From Nannocystales bacterium (GTDB taxonomy: Bacteria; Myxococcota_A; Polyangia; Nannocystales; Nannocystaceae): a stretch of DNA of 64,000 nt. Under the pieces are notes generated by a model. That model was given only the letters and a program-made list of their open reading frames with translations, made no database searches and had not been told where the DNA came from. The stretch covers positions 1-64,000 of the forward strand of contig JBOEGF010000047.1 of the NCBI GenBank assembly GCA_050633305.1, in the 5' to 3' direction. A program made the position numbers and the translations under genes. Below are positions 10,835 to 19,301 of the stretch, piece by piece (the stretch's first letter is position 1; the number at the start of each line of letters is the position of its first letter).

Positions 10835-11269
10835 CCATCGGCGGCTGATCGCCATCGAGAACGCCGTCGCGACAATCGAGAAAACGCCTGCACGCAGCCG
10901 GCTCCGGACACAGGGCCGCAGTTCGCCTGCAGGTCCGCGACGCTCGCCCCCACCCCAGCCACTTCGGGCCCGCCCTTGATGGCTCGGGAACGAAGAAGAT
11001 GTCTTCGATGCAGCTCTTCGAGTCCGGCCGGCATGCGGAACACAGGGCTTCGGCGAGCTGTGTCTGTGCAGCCGTCGGCATCATCGACGCGGTCGTCTGA
11101 TAGATGCACAGCCTCTGCTCAAAGCTGTCGGGCGAAGCGCAGCCGCTGAGGAGCCTGGGCCCGAGCCGAAGCCCAAGCATCTCGCGCGACATGCCCCTCA
11201 CGGACACATCGACATCTAGGGCACCACAACCTTGTTCAAGACTCAGCTGCGTGATATTGCTCCCTCACA

Positions 11270-11420
11270 GCGACTCTGGATGACGCTCCTGGCCCGGGTG
11301 TTTCGCATCGACATCTCCGTGTGCTCCCGCAGTCGCGGGCCGATGCGGGTAGTTCGAGCCGTCACCACGCCGCATGACATCGCCGCCGAGCGTCACGCTG
11401 CTCGGCCACCGCCCCGTGGG
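11270..11420 (+). pseudogene. IS91-family transposase C-terminal remnant
   Basis: WMTLLARVFRIDISVCSRSRGPMRVVRAVT...ARPPPRGP resembles the W..LL.RVF.ID...CP.CGG.MR tail. Confidence 0.6.
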
Positions 11421-11769
11421 CCCGTGTCCGCAAACTCCCGCTCTGCTCCGCTACGCCCTGAGTGTTCTGCGCTGCGCCTGTGGGTGGGCGCCGCTTCGTA
11501 CGGGGCTCGTCTCGGCGTGCCTTCCCTTTCCCTCGGGGCTCGGCGTTCGGCTCGGGCCCACGTTTCGCCACCGATGCCTTTGCTTTGCCCCTGTTCACAG
11601 CCGGCCGCTCAGTTCCTGCTCCATCACCGCCCTCGAGGGCGGGAAGCCGTACTCCTTCGTAGCGGCTTTTTCCCACTTCGTTTGGCTCAAACGCACGATT
11701 GAGCTGATCAGGCAGCGTGGAGCCGTGAGCCAGCTTCCGCACTCGAACGAACACACGTATCCTTGTGAC

Positions 11770-12843
11770 GTGCGCTGGTTGGCAGGGATTGCCGCCGTAT
11801 GGGTGAGTGGCTGTGGACCGGACTCCGACCCGGACGGCTTCTCACGTCTCGCGTTCCTCCGAGACGGCAACGTCCACCAGACCGGTGGCCATGCCGCGCC
11901 GGTCTCCGCGGTGTTGGACAACGGTAGCCCGTCCTCGATGCATCCGGTCGAGCTGGCGTGGATGCGAAACGGTGTCCTGCTCTCTCTGTACAGCGACATG
12001 TCCGTAGCACGGGTCGATGAGAGTCCACTGCAACGAATCGGCACTTTCGACTGCGATCTTCAAGTCTACGACAGCACGTTTCGGGCCGAGGGCGACCTGC
12101 TGATCACGGACGTTCGCGGGAGTGCACCCTTCGGAACGGGCGAGATCGGAACCTGCTCATCGGGCATCGAGCCCATGAACCCGGACGGGCGACGAACCTG
12201 GGAGTTGTTCGGCAGCACGGTGAGCACGAACGGCGAGAGTCTGGCCGTGTCCTGTCGTGGGCTGTTCGAGGGTCTACGTACCGTGGAGTTGGTCGACTTG
12301 GACACACAGAAGGTGCTGGCCCAGCACCAGCTGAGCCACTGCCCGATTCTGCAACCTGGTGGGGACATGATCGCCTTCCGCGACGCCGGCCGACTCATGC
12401 TCGGCCCCGCAGACGACGTCGAGGCGGCCACGTGGATCGTCACCGGGCACGGGTTCAGCGAAACCTGGTCTCCCGACGGGCGCAGCCTGCTCGTCGATCG
12501 TGAGGGCGACGACTGGGCTGTCATCGACGCGACCACCGGCAGGGCTGTCGGTGCTGTCGGCGGCGAACAGGCTCGCTGGGCCGAATCCTCGAATCACCTT
12601 CTGTTGACCGAGCGATGCGGTCCGGACGAAACCCGCCTCACCGTTCACGCCCACGAACAAGGCCTCCCCGAGCTTTGGAGCACCGCCTGCGGATCCCGGG
12701 GCCGCGGTTGGCTGTCACCCGACGGCGACTCGATCGCCGCGACCGATTGGGAGGACGCTCGACAAGAGGTCGTTGTGATGAACCAGGACGGCCGCGTCTG
12801 GTCCCTCGGCGAGGGCTCCAGTCCGACCTGGCGACCGGAGTGA
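11770..12843 (+). CDS. Lipoprotein with TolB-like beta-propeller
   Basis: Lipobox VWVSGC; WSPDGRSL, LSPDGDSI, SPTWRP repeats. Confidence 0.75.
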   Translation: MRWLAGIAAVWVSGCGPDSDPDGFSRLAFLRDGNVHQTGGHAAPVSAVLDNGSPSSMHPVELAWMRNGVLLSLYSDMSVARVDESPLQRIGTFDCDLQVYDSTFRAEGDLLITDVRGSAPFGTGEIGTCSSGIEPMNPDGRRTWELFGSTVSTNGESLAVSCRGLFEGLRTVELVDLDTQKVLAQHQLSHCPILQPGGDMIAFRDAGRLMLGPADDVEAATWIVTGHGFSETWSPDGRSLLVDREGDDWAVIDATTGRAVGAVGGEQARWAESSNHLLLTERCGPDETRLTVHAHEQGLPELWSTACGSRGRGWLSPDGDSIAATDWEDARQEVVVMNQDGRVWSLGEGSSPTWRPE

Positions 12844-13041
12844 CCGAGGCCGAGGTTTCCGCCGCCGCAAGGTCGCGGGGTACGTGAAGTCCGCTCGCGA
12901 GACGATTGAAGCGGCGGGAGAGCTGGGCGATGCCACGAAGACGAAGTCCGTGCGTTTTTACGAGCTGTGCCCAACGACGTAGCTGCGGAACCCCGTGTCC
13001 GCCTGTTCTGGGCACCGGGCGCCGCTGATAGCCTAGGGCCC

Positions 13042-13572
13042 ATGGACCCCGTCTGTGCCGAGCATCCGATCGCATCAAGCTATTGGGCAGAGCCGGGCAA
13101 ACTCCTGGCGGGCCCGCACCCAGGGGTTGGGGACCGGGCGACGCAGCGCGCGACCCTGCGGGCGTTGGCCGACGCTGGCATCCGCACGGTGATCGATCTG
13201 ACCACGCCGCGCGAGCTGCCCGGAGTCCGCGTCCTGTGGGAGAAGCTCGCTCCGAACGCAGAGGAGTGGGCGTGGGTCGGCAGCCCGGTCCTCGACGGCG
13301 GGATTCCCAGCCGGGCAGGAATGCAGTTGGTGCTGGACACCATCGATGCCAGCTGCGGCCGCGGACGGCCGGTCTACGTGCACTGCATGGGCGGCCTGGG
13401 ACGTGCGGGGACCGTGGTCGCCTGCTGGTGGATTCGCCACGGCTTGGTCGAAGGCGAAGCGGTCTTCGACGCGTTGACGCGGCGCCGGGTGGGTCAGCCG
13501 AACGCACATTCCATCTCGCCGGAGACGGGCCCGCAGTTTCGTTTCATCCGGGCGTGGGCGCCGGGGGATTGA
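13042..13572 (+). CDS. Dual-specificity/tyrosine protein phosphatase
   Basis: VYVHCMGGLGRAG (HCX5R) catalytic loop; SYW...LLAG.HP; SPET..Q. Confidence 0.9.
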   Translation: MDPVCAEHPIASSYWAEPGKLLAGPHPGVGDRATQRATLRALADAGIRTVIDLTTPRELPGVRVLWEKLAPNAEEWAWVGSPVLDGGIPSRAGMQLVLDTIDASCGRGRPVYVHCMGGLGRAGTVVACWWIRHGLVEGEAVFDALTRRRVGQPNAHSISPETGPQFRFIRAWAPGD

Positions 13573-13600
13573 GGCGCGGCGCGTCGATGCTACGGTCGAC

Positions 13601-15055
13601 ATGGACCCGCCCATGCTCGAGGACTACCTGCACCGCTTCAAGTTGCTCGTGGATACGCTCATGTCGCATCCGCAGATCCGCGTCACGCACGTGTGGATCG
13701 GGCCGCCGGCGGACGCGGAGGCGTTGGCCAAGCTCGGGCAGGCCTGGGGCCGAGTCCCCGAGGTCGTGGCCACGCTCTACCGCCAAGCCGACGGTATTCA
13801 GCTCCGCTGGGTCGACACCGCAAACTCCACGTACCACGCCGCACGTGACGACAAGACGCATTTTGAGGGGCCAGGTGACCGCATCTTCGAGGTGCCCGGT
13901 GAGGAGCTCGGGCTCCTCGACATCCCAACGATCGAGACCCTAATCCAGCGGGACATCGTGGGTGAGATGTTCGAGATGGGGGACGACCCATTGTGTGGCG
14001 CGGTGCAATTCGACAGTTTCGGGGAGTCCCAAGACGCGGTGCTCTACTTTGCCAACGCGCCGGATGACCCGTGGATTGGGGTGGCGGGCGACTATCTCGC
14101 CGACGTATCCCCGCCCGGAGAACAGACGCTCTCTCAGTATCTCGATGACGTCCTGTCCGTCTGGGCCTCGATTGATCGCCGCGGCAAGGAGGCTCCGAAG
14201 ACCGTCGATGGGCTCCTGCGTCAGCGCATCCCGTTAGACCCTACGCGACTCGTGGGTCAGCGGGTCATCTACCTCGACAACAGCCCGGGCTACACGTTGA
14301 TGCACGGTCGCGTCTCGTCGTTGGTCGACATCGCCGACCCGCCTGGGAGCTGGTGGTACGCGCCCACGGTCGCGGAGGTGGAGAGCGACCTCGGCGAGAC
14401 GGTCTATGTTCCGCTGCTCTCGCTCGACCCTCCAGACGACGCGGACGGGTATGAGCGACTCCACGCTGATCCCAACGCGCTGCGGCGCTGCCTCGAAGGC
14501 CCCGTGGATCCGATGTTTGAGGCACTCGCCCCGGTCTCGAAAATGCAACACTACCTGGGCACGAAGGACGGCCCGAGCATCGCAAGCCACGCCTGGTCCT
14601 ACGTGGCCCTCACGAGCGTGCTTGACCACCAAGAGGCTGCTCGCTTGCTCTTCCGCGCAGCGTACCGCCTGTACGAAGACCCCTCCAGACACGAAAAACG
14701 CGCGGTCGCTTGGCCGCTCACGCGCCCAGGCCGTCCCCACCGCTCGTCCGTGTTCTTGTCGACGCTCGCCGCCGGCCTGCTCGACGCTGCCACCATTCAC
14801 ACGAGCCGCGGCGCGCCACTCGATCTCGCCGCGTGGTTGGGACGCGAAACAACGAGCCCGTTGCGCAAGACGTTGGTGGGCATCCAAGCCCGAGACGGAC
14901 TGCGCGGCTACGATCCGCTGACCGATACCTCGAAAACGCCCGGGTTCCTGGCAAAGGCACTCGAAGGCGGCCCGACCACGTTCAACACAGCCGCGACCGG
15001 GCACTTCCGGGGCGGCAGGCTCGGCCTCGCCGACCTCCGCGTCGTGGAGCGCTAG
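13601..15055 (+). CDS. Protein with N-terminal SMI1/KNR4-like domain
   Basis: GPPADAEALAKLGQAWGRVPEVVATLYRQADGIQLRW pattern; long coding-like ORF. Confidence 0.6.
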   Translation: MDPPMLEDYLHRFKLLVDTLMSHPQIRVTHVWIGPPADAEALAKLGQAWGRVPEVVATLYRQADGIQLRWVDTANSTYHAARDDKTHFEGPGDRIFEVPGEELGLLDIPTIETLIQRDIVGEMFEMGDDPLCGAVQFDSFGESQDAVLYFANAPDDPWIGVAGDYLADVSPPGEQTLSQYLDDVLSVWASIDRRGKEAPKTVDGLLRQRIPLDPTRLVGQRVIYLDNSPGYTLMHGRVSSLVDIADPPGSWWYAPTVAEVESDLGETVYVPLLSLDPPDDADGYERLHADPNALRRCLEGPVDPMFEALAPVSKMQHYLGTKDGPSIASHAWSYVALTSVLDHQEAARLLFRAAYRLYEDPSRHEKRAVAWPLTRPGRPHRSSVFLSTLAAGLLDAATIHTSRGAPLDLAAWLGRETTSPLRKTLVGIQARDGLRGYDPLTDTSKTPGFLAKALEGGPTTFNTAATGHFRGGRLGLADLRVVER

Positions 15056-16188
15056 CAAGCGGTGCGTCTGCCTGGGATACTCGTTCCACGGCCCGCCACA
15101 GCCTCTCTTCGGTTTGGAGACGACATCACACGTGTGTGCGACGGTGACGTTCAGGCTAGGCGCGCTCGACATTGCCGCCTGGGTGACACGCGCCGTCCCG
15201 TTCGTCGATCTCGGCAGCTGGATCCAGTCGCTGGCCACGCTCTTGTCGGACCTGCGGGACCCCGCCGGGCGGCACGTCTTCTTCGAGGCGACACTGAAGC
15301 CCCGCTGGTGTTTCGCCGGAGCGCCACATCGGTTCGTGTCGAGTCCGCGGATGGGCAGGAACTCGCGCAGTGCAGCCACGCCAGATTACAGTCGGCGATC
15401 GAGTCCGGCCTTTCCATCATTCGGGCCGAGCTTGAGGCCCATGGCGAGCGCGGGGAGTTGTACTGGTCGGATGCGTTCGACGTCGTGGACCGCAGCTGGA
15501 AGACCGCCAGCTCGGCTCGAAAGCCCCGGCCCAGGGGCGCTTGAGCGAACGTTGGAGGAGCGAACCAGCTGCGAGCGCCGCTCGCCTCCGAAGACGCTCC
15601 GCCGACCCTGCTGGGTCGCACACGTCCCGGGCCTAGAACACAGCGTCGGGTTCGTCTTCGGTGGTTCGATGTCATGCTTCGGCTTTCCACCTCGCCAAAT
15701 CGTACGCGTCCGACGGTCCGTGTCCAACGCCACAAGCCCGGTCCTTCCTCCTGTGGCTCGTCAGGCTGCTTCAGAATCTCTCGGGCGTTGCGCCGGTGAC
15801 CTCCGCCGTCCTCCCCGAAGAGGGCCACGGCTCCCCGGCGTGTGGCGTCGAACCCGGTCTGCTCTACGTGTACAGCTGGGCGGGCATCGGCGAGCCCACG
15901 TCGGACGCCGGATACAACCGAGTACCACTCCACCGCGTTTGAGTCGCTACGTCGGGGCACGACTGGAGTGCTTCCAGCTCGCAGGAGCTCACGCTGCACG
16001 AGACCTGCGCGCCCGCCTCGACCAGGCCGTGCTCCGAACGGCCTCCGTGCTGCTACCCTCCGCGGATGCCACGCTCGGCGGTTCTGCGAGGAGCGCCGGT
16101 CCCGAAGTCCAGGGCCAAGCAACGCGGGCGGTCGGATGGCCACCCTCCCGCGAATACGGTGGTCGAGGACCGGTGGGAGCGAGAGAAG

Positions 16189-17092
16189 ATGTCTCAGTGG
16201 CTTTCCCGCTGGCTTCCATCGTCCGCGAGTGTCGAGCAGCTGGGCTCCCTCGATCTGCGCGCGGTTGTCCGAGAGTCCTCCACCATCCAACTCGATGCTG
16301 GCGAACGGCTTCGACTGGTCGCGGTCTACTTGGATGACAACGCGCTGGTGGCTGGAAGCACGAGTCTGGCGCAGTGGCAGGTGTTCTCCCGAATCTACGC
16401 AGAGGCGACGCGGCTGTGCCCCGAAGATCCATGGATCCCGAACTCCGTGGATCCCGAACTCCGTGGCAGTCACGTCGTTGAGCCTGTTCACCACGGCCGA
16501 GGACGACGAGCCGGGCAAAGATCGACTGTGGAGAATCGCCCTGGGGGCCGCCGAAACCGCGTGCGGAGTCGACGACGCGAACCCGGACCTTCGATACACG
16601 CTGGGGCACGTGCTGTATCACGTCCGCCCCAGTCGCACGACGGAGGCATTGGCTGCGTTCGAGCATGCAATCGCGCTCGACGACGGGCACGCGTGGGCCT
16701 CCCTGTACCGGGCCCACTGCCTCCACGATCTGGCTCGCTGGAACGATGCGGCACAGGCGTACGAGAGGGTCGACGCAGCCGCGTTCGCGGGACACGCTGC
16801 CTGGAGAATCGAGCTGCTGCGAGAGCAGCAGGCCTATTGCCTGCTCCGAGCCGGACATCGACAGGACGCGCTCAGGGTCTTCACCGCAGTCATCGAACGG
16901 TGCGAGGCAGCGATTTCCAGGGGCGAAGACTCGCTCAACTCCCCCGTGCTCGGTGAGCCGCCGCAGTTGCTGGTCGAGGCAGCAAAGGGAGAGCTACGGG
17001 CGGAGCTTCTCTCCCGCACCCGAGCGTTGCTCGAATCCTTCGACGAATGGCGCTCGTGGCTGAAGCTCGACGTCGACGTCGATGACGCCTGA
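16189..17092 (+). pseudogene. TPR protein split by a 16-bp tandem duplication
   Basis: N-part ends WIPNSV in one frame and resumes WIPNSVAV in the next; C-part has TPR helices (ALAAFEHAIALD, WNDAAQAYERV). Confidence 0.75.
16432..16463 (+). repeat. 16-bp tandem direct repeat (TGGATCCCGAACTCCG)x2
   Basis: Directly visible. Confidence 0.95.
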
Positions 17093-17197
17093 CCCGTCGT
17101 CGCAGCCTCCCGGCCCACGGCCGATGCCAGTGTACCTCATGGCCTCGCGGGCCTCCAGGTCGAGCACGCTGCGGGTCACCTGCGGTAGCCTCCGAGG

Positions 17198-17698
17198 GTG
17201 GGAGAGTTCGTCCTCGCGGCCGTAGAACTGGTTGAGCGCGGCGGAAAACCTGCGGCGCTCTTCGTGATGTTGCTCGGCCTCGCTCTGATCCCAACGGGAC
17301 TCTGGCTGACGTTCGTGATGCCCGGCGAGGCTCCTCTGGACGCGGCCCCGCTGGTGCACGCCGAGGAGGGCGACCGACTGTTCCTCCCCATCATGTTGGG
17401 CGTCAGCGTCGTCGGGCTGGCACTGTCGGGACTTGGAGCCGGGGCGCTGTTCGGGACGCAAGGTCGGATGCGTGGGCTCTTTCAGCGCTCGTCCTCGGTC
17501 GCGACGCAGACCGCAGAAGAGCAAGCGACTGTGTCCGCAGAGCTCCCGTTCTGGGTCTGCGGGGACTGTCGGGTTGTAGAGCCAGGCGCCTCCATCACGG
17601 CGCGTTGTACCCAGTGCGGATCGGTCTCCAGTTTCGTGCAGGTGGAGTCCGACGCGGACCGGCAGATGGCGCGGTCTGTCCTCGGGCACCTCGAATGA
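17198..17698 (+). CDS. Two-TM membrane protein with C-terminal zinc ribbon
   Basis: Two hydrophobic segments; WVCGDC...CTQCG. Confidence 0.7.
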   Translation: MGEFVLAAVELVERGGKPAALFVMLLGLALIPTGLWLTFVMPGEAPLDAAPLVHAEEGDRLFLPIMLGVSVVGLALSGLGAGALFGTQGRMRGLFQRSSSVATQTAEEQATVSAELPFWVCGDCRVVEPGASITARCTQCGSVSSFVQVESDADRQMARSVLGHLE

Positions 17699-17986
17699 CC
17701 TCACCAATGCTCGTGGCGCGTGCGCTCGTACCACGCTGCGAACAGACGCCGGAGCTCTCGGGCTGTTCAGATCTCGGCGGCCGTCTCATTGTGGAGAACT
17801 CGGCGCATTCGCCCTGGATGGTGAGTTCCTCGCCTACAACGGCGTACCGTTCGTCCTGCTTCACAACGGTCGCTTCACCTCGTCAGATCCGTTCTACCGA
17901 CTCGACCTGGCGTCCGATGGCACATGGGAACTCTCGACACCTCAATGCCGAGCGGTTTGGGCGGCCTCTCGGGACGGCGATGCTCG

Positions 17987-18454
17987 CTAGCCGGAGAGAA
18001 TCCGCTCCGCGTCCACCGCCCATTCCGGCGAACCGATGGTGAGGACGACTGCCGTCTTCGTCGTCACGGACAACGACGAATGTGGCAACGAAACGTTCTG
18101 GAACAACCACACCGTATCGACCAAAGACTCCGAATGATGGTCGGTCGTCATCACGGTCGCATCCTCGGACAGACCCAACTCGTCCCTCAACGCCACAATC
18201 ACCTCATCCGCAATGTCGTGCATGCGCGTGCACCCCGGGCCCCAAAACATCAGGTAGGACGCCCCCTGAAGCAGCAACGTGGTGAGCACGCGGTCGGCTT
18301 CTGCAACGTCCGTATCGCTGGAGTCCCACAAGACCAGGCATGCAAAGTGCTTCGAAACCGACAGCCCCTCACCGGGCACCTCCGCTGTGCACGAGACCGA
18401 CAGAGAATGCACCGCCCGGTCCAGCGAACCGCAGCCTAGGACCTTCATCGCCAT
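17987..18454 (-). CDS. Conserved hypothetical protein directly downstream of the tRNA modules
   Basis: LLLQGASYLMFWGPGCTRMHDIADE...VMTTDHHSESLVD, coding-like. Confidence 0.7.
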   Translation of the reverse strand: MAMKVLGCGSLDRAVHSLSVSCTAEVPGEGLSVSKHFACLVLWDSSDTDVAEADRVLTTLLLQGASYLMFWGPGCTRMHDIADEVIVALRDELGLSEDATVMTTDHHSESLVDTVWLFQNVSLPHSSLSVTTKTAVVLTIGSPEWAVDAERILSG

Positions 18455-18509
18455 CACAGAAGGGTACGCCGTTCCGCCAGGTTCCGAACACGCTTCTGCG
18501 CCCTGTCGA

Positions 18510-18585
18510 TGCGGGGAGCGGGGGTCGAACCCGCAAAATCTCCCGGCACTCAACCGGGCGGCTTTACCAACTTGCCCATCCCCGC
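18510..18585 (-). tRNA. Atypical tRNA-Leu(GAG), short variable arm, no CCA
   Basis: GCGGGGA/TCCCCGC acceptor + A73; D-arm GGC-AAGTTGGTAAA-GCC; AC stem CCCGG/CCGGG with loop TTGAGTG; 7-nt V region AGATTTT; T-arm GCGGG-TTCGACC-CCCGC. Confidence 0.85.
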
Positions 18586-18590
18586 GTGGA

Positions 18591-18666
18591 TGCGGAGAGC
18601 GGGGATCGAACCCGCAAAATCTCTCGGGTCTGAACCGAGCGGCTTTACCAACTTGCCCACCTCCGC
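18591..18666 (-). tRNA. Atypical tRNA-Leu(CAG), short variable arm, no CCA
   Basis: GCGGAGG/TCTCCGC + A73; same D-arm; AC stem CTCGG/CCGAG with loop TTCAGAC; T-arm GCGGG-TTCGATC-CCCGC. Confidence 0.85.
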
Positions 18667-18757
18667 GCGTGCGCGCGTGTTCGGACTCACCCCATTCGGC
18701 GATCTGGCCATGAGCGGCGAGTCCGTATTCAGTTGTTCGGAGTCCTGGCCGGGAGTC

Positions 18758-18853
18758 CTACGTAGGCGCAAGGCCCCGTCGTGCAACCAGCAGCGTCGCG
18801 CCCGGCAGGAGCCGAGTACGGAGCGGGCAGCAAACTGGGATTTGGGTCGCCAT
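18758..18853 (-). CDS. Putative leader peptide MATQIPVCCPLRTRLLPGATLLVARRGLAPT (31 aa) upstream of tRNA-Leu pair
   Basis: ATG 10 nt after -10 box; Leu codons CTC, CTC-CTG, CTG-CTG, CTT; stop lies inside a long hairpin. Confidence 0.5.
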   Translation of the reverse strand: MATQIPVCCPLRTRLLPGATLLVARRGLAPT

Positions 18854-18862
18854 TGTCCTCAC

Positions 18863-18891
18863 AACATGGTCGCGGCGCGGAAGTCTGTCAA
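18863..18891 (-). promoter_or_regulatory. Sigma70-type promoter of tRNA-Leu module
   Basis: TTGACA (18891-18886), 17-nt spacer, CATGTT (18868-18863). Confidence 0.6.
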
Positions 18892-18956
18892 ACCGAAATC
18901 AGACTCGCGAACTCGAAAGGGGTCCGTGGCCCTCAGGAAACACTGAGCAGAATCAA

Positions 18957-19029
18957 TACGGCGTCCAGGACTCGAACCTGGATCTTGGGTTTCGAACACC
19001 CGTGTCCTATCCGTTTGGACGAACGCCGC
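18957..19029 (-). tRNA. Atypical tRNA-Arg(UCG), no CCA
   Basis: GCGGCGT/ACGCCGT acceptor; D-arm GTCC-AAACGGATA-GGAC with A after GG (Arg identity A20); loop GTTCGAA; T-arm CCAGG-TTCGAGT-CCTGG; one C-A mismatch in AC stem. Confidence 0.8.
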
Positions 19030-19034
19030 AACGA

Positions 19035-19106
19035 TGCGACGTCCAGGATTCGAACCTGGATTTCGAGGTTCGCCCCCTCGTGTCCTGTCCGTTGGACGAA
19101 CGCCGC
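19035..19106 (-). tRNA. Atypical tRNA-Arg(GCG), G32/G33, no CCA
   Basis: GCGGCGT/ACGTCGC acceptor; GTCC/GGAC D-stem; AC stem CGAGG/CCTCG with loop GGGCGAA; T-arm CCAGG-TTCGAAT-CCTGG. Confidence 0.8.
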
Positions 19107-19145
19107 AATGGTTCGACGAGTTCGGTTGTGTCCCCACGTTCGTCG

Positions 19146-19292
19146 CTACGCCAGGTCGCCGTCGGGCCGGACGGACAGCGTGGGCGTTGGACGCAAGCCA
19201 CTGGCGACAGACGAACAACACATCCCCTCGAGCGCGTACCCCATGGAGGGCTCGCTGCTCGCCAAGGCGACGTCGTTGTTCGATGCGGTCAC
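19146..19292 (-). CDS. Putative leader ORF (48 aa) upstream of tRNA-Arg pair
   Basis: GTG 10 nt after -10 box (same spacing as Leu module); TAG inside 3' arm of hairpin; only two Arg codons. Confidence 0.3.
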   Translation of the reverse strand: MTASNNDVALASSEPSMGYALEGMCCSSVASGLRPTPTLSVRPDGDLA

Positions 19293-19301
19293 AGTACGAG
19301 G

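Noticed and set aside
15062..15942. Overlapping short ORFs between the SMI1-like and TPR genes
   Set aside because: Probably decayed genes, but frames and products could not be assigned
18620..18640. Reading TCA in the loop as a selenocysteine or opal-suppressor anticodon
   Set aside because: The 5-bp stem CTCGG/CCGAG centres CAG in a 7-nt loop; there is no long acceptor or variable arm typical of tRNA-Sec
18510..19106. Direct repeats resembling a CRISPR or repeat array
   Set aside because: The repeated units fold as full cloverleafs with T-loops; there are no spacers or cas genes
18667..19300. T-box riboswitch or Y RNA in the leaders
   Set aside because: No AGGGTGGNACC T-box motif or U-tract terminator was seen, and there is no Ro60/RtcB gene in the window; a covariance search would be needed to exclude them fully
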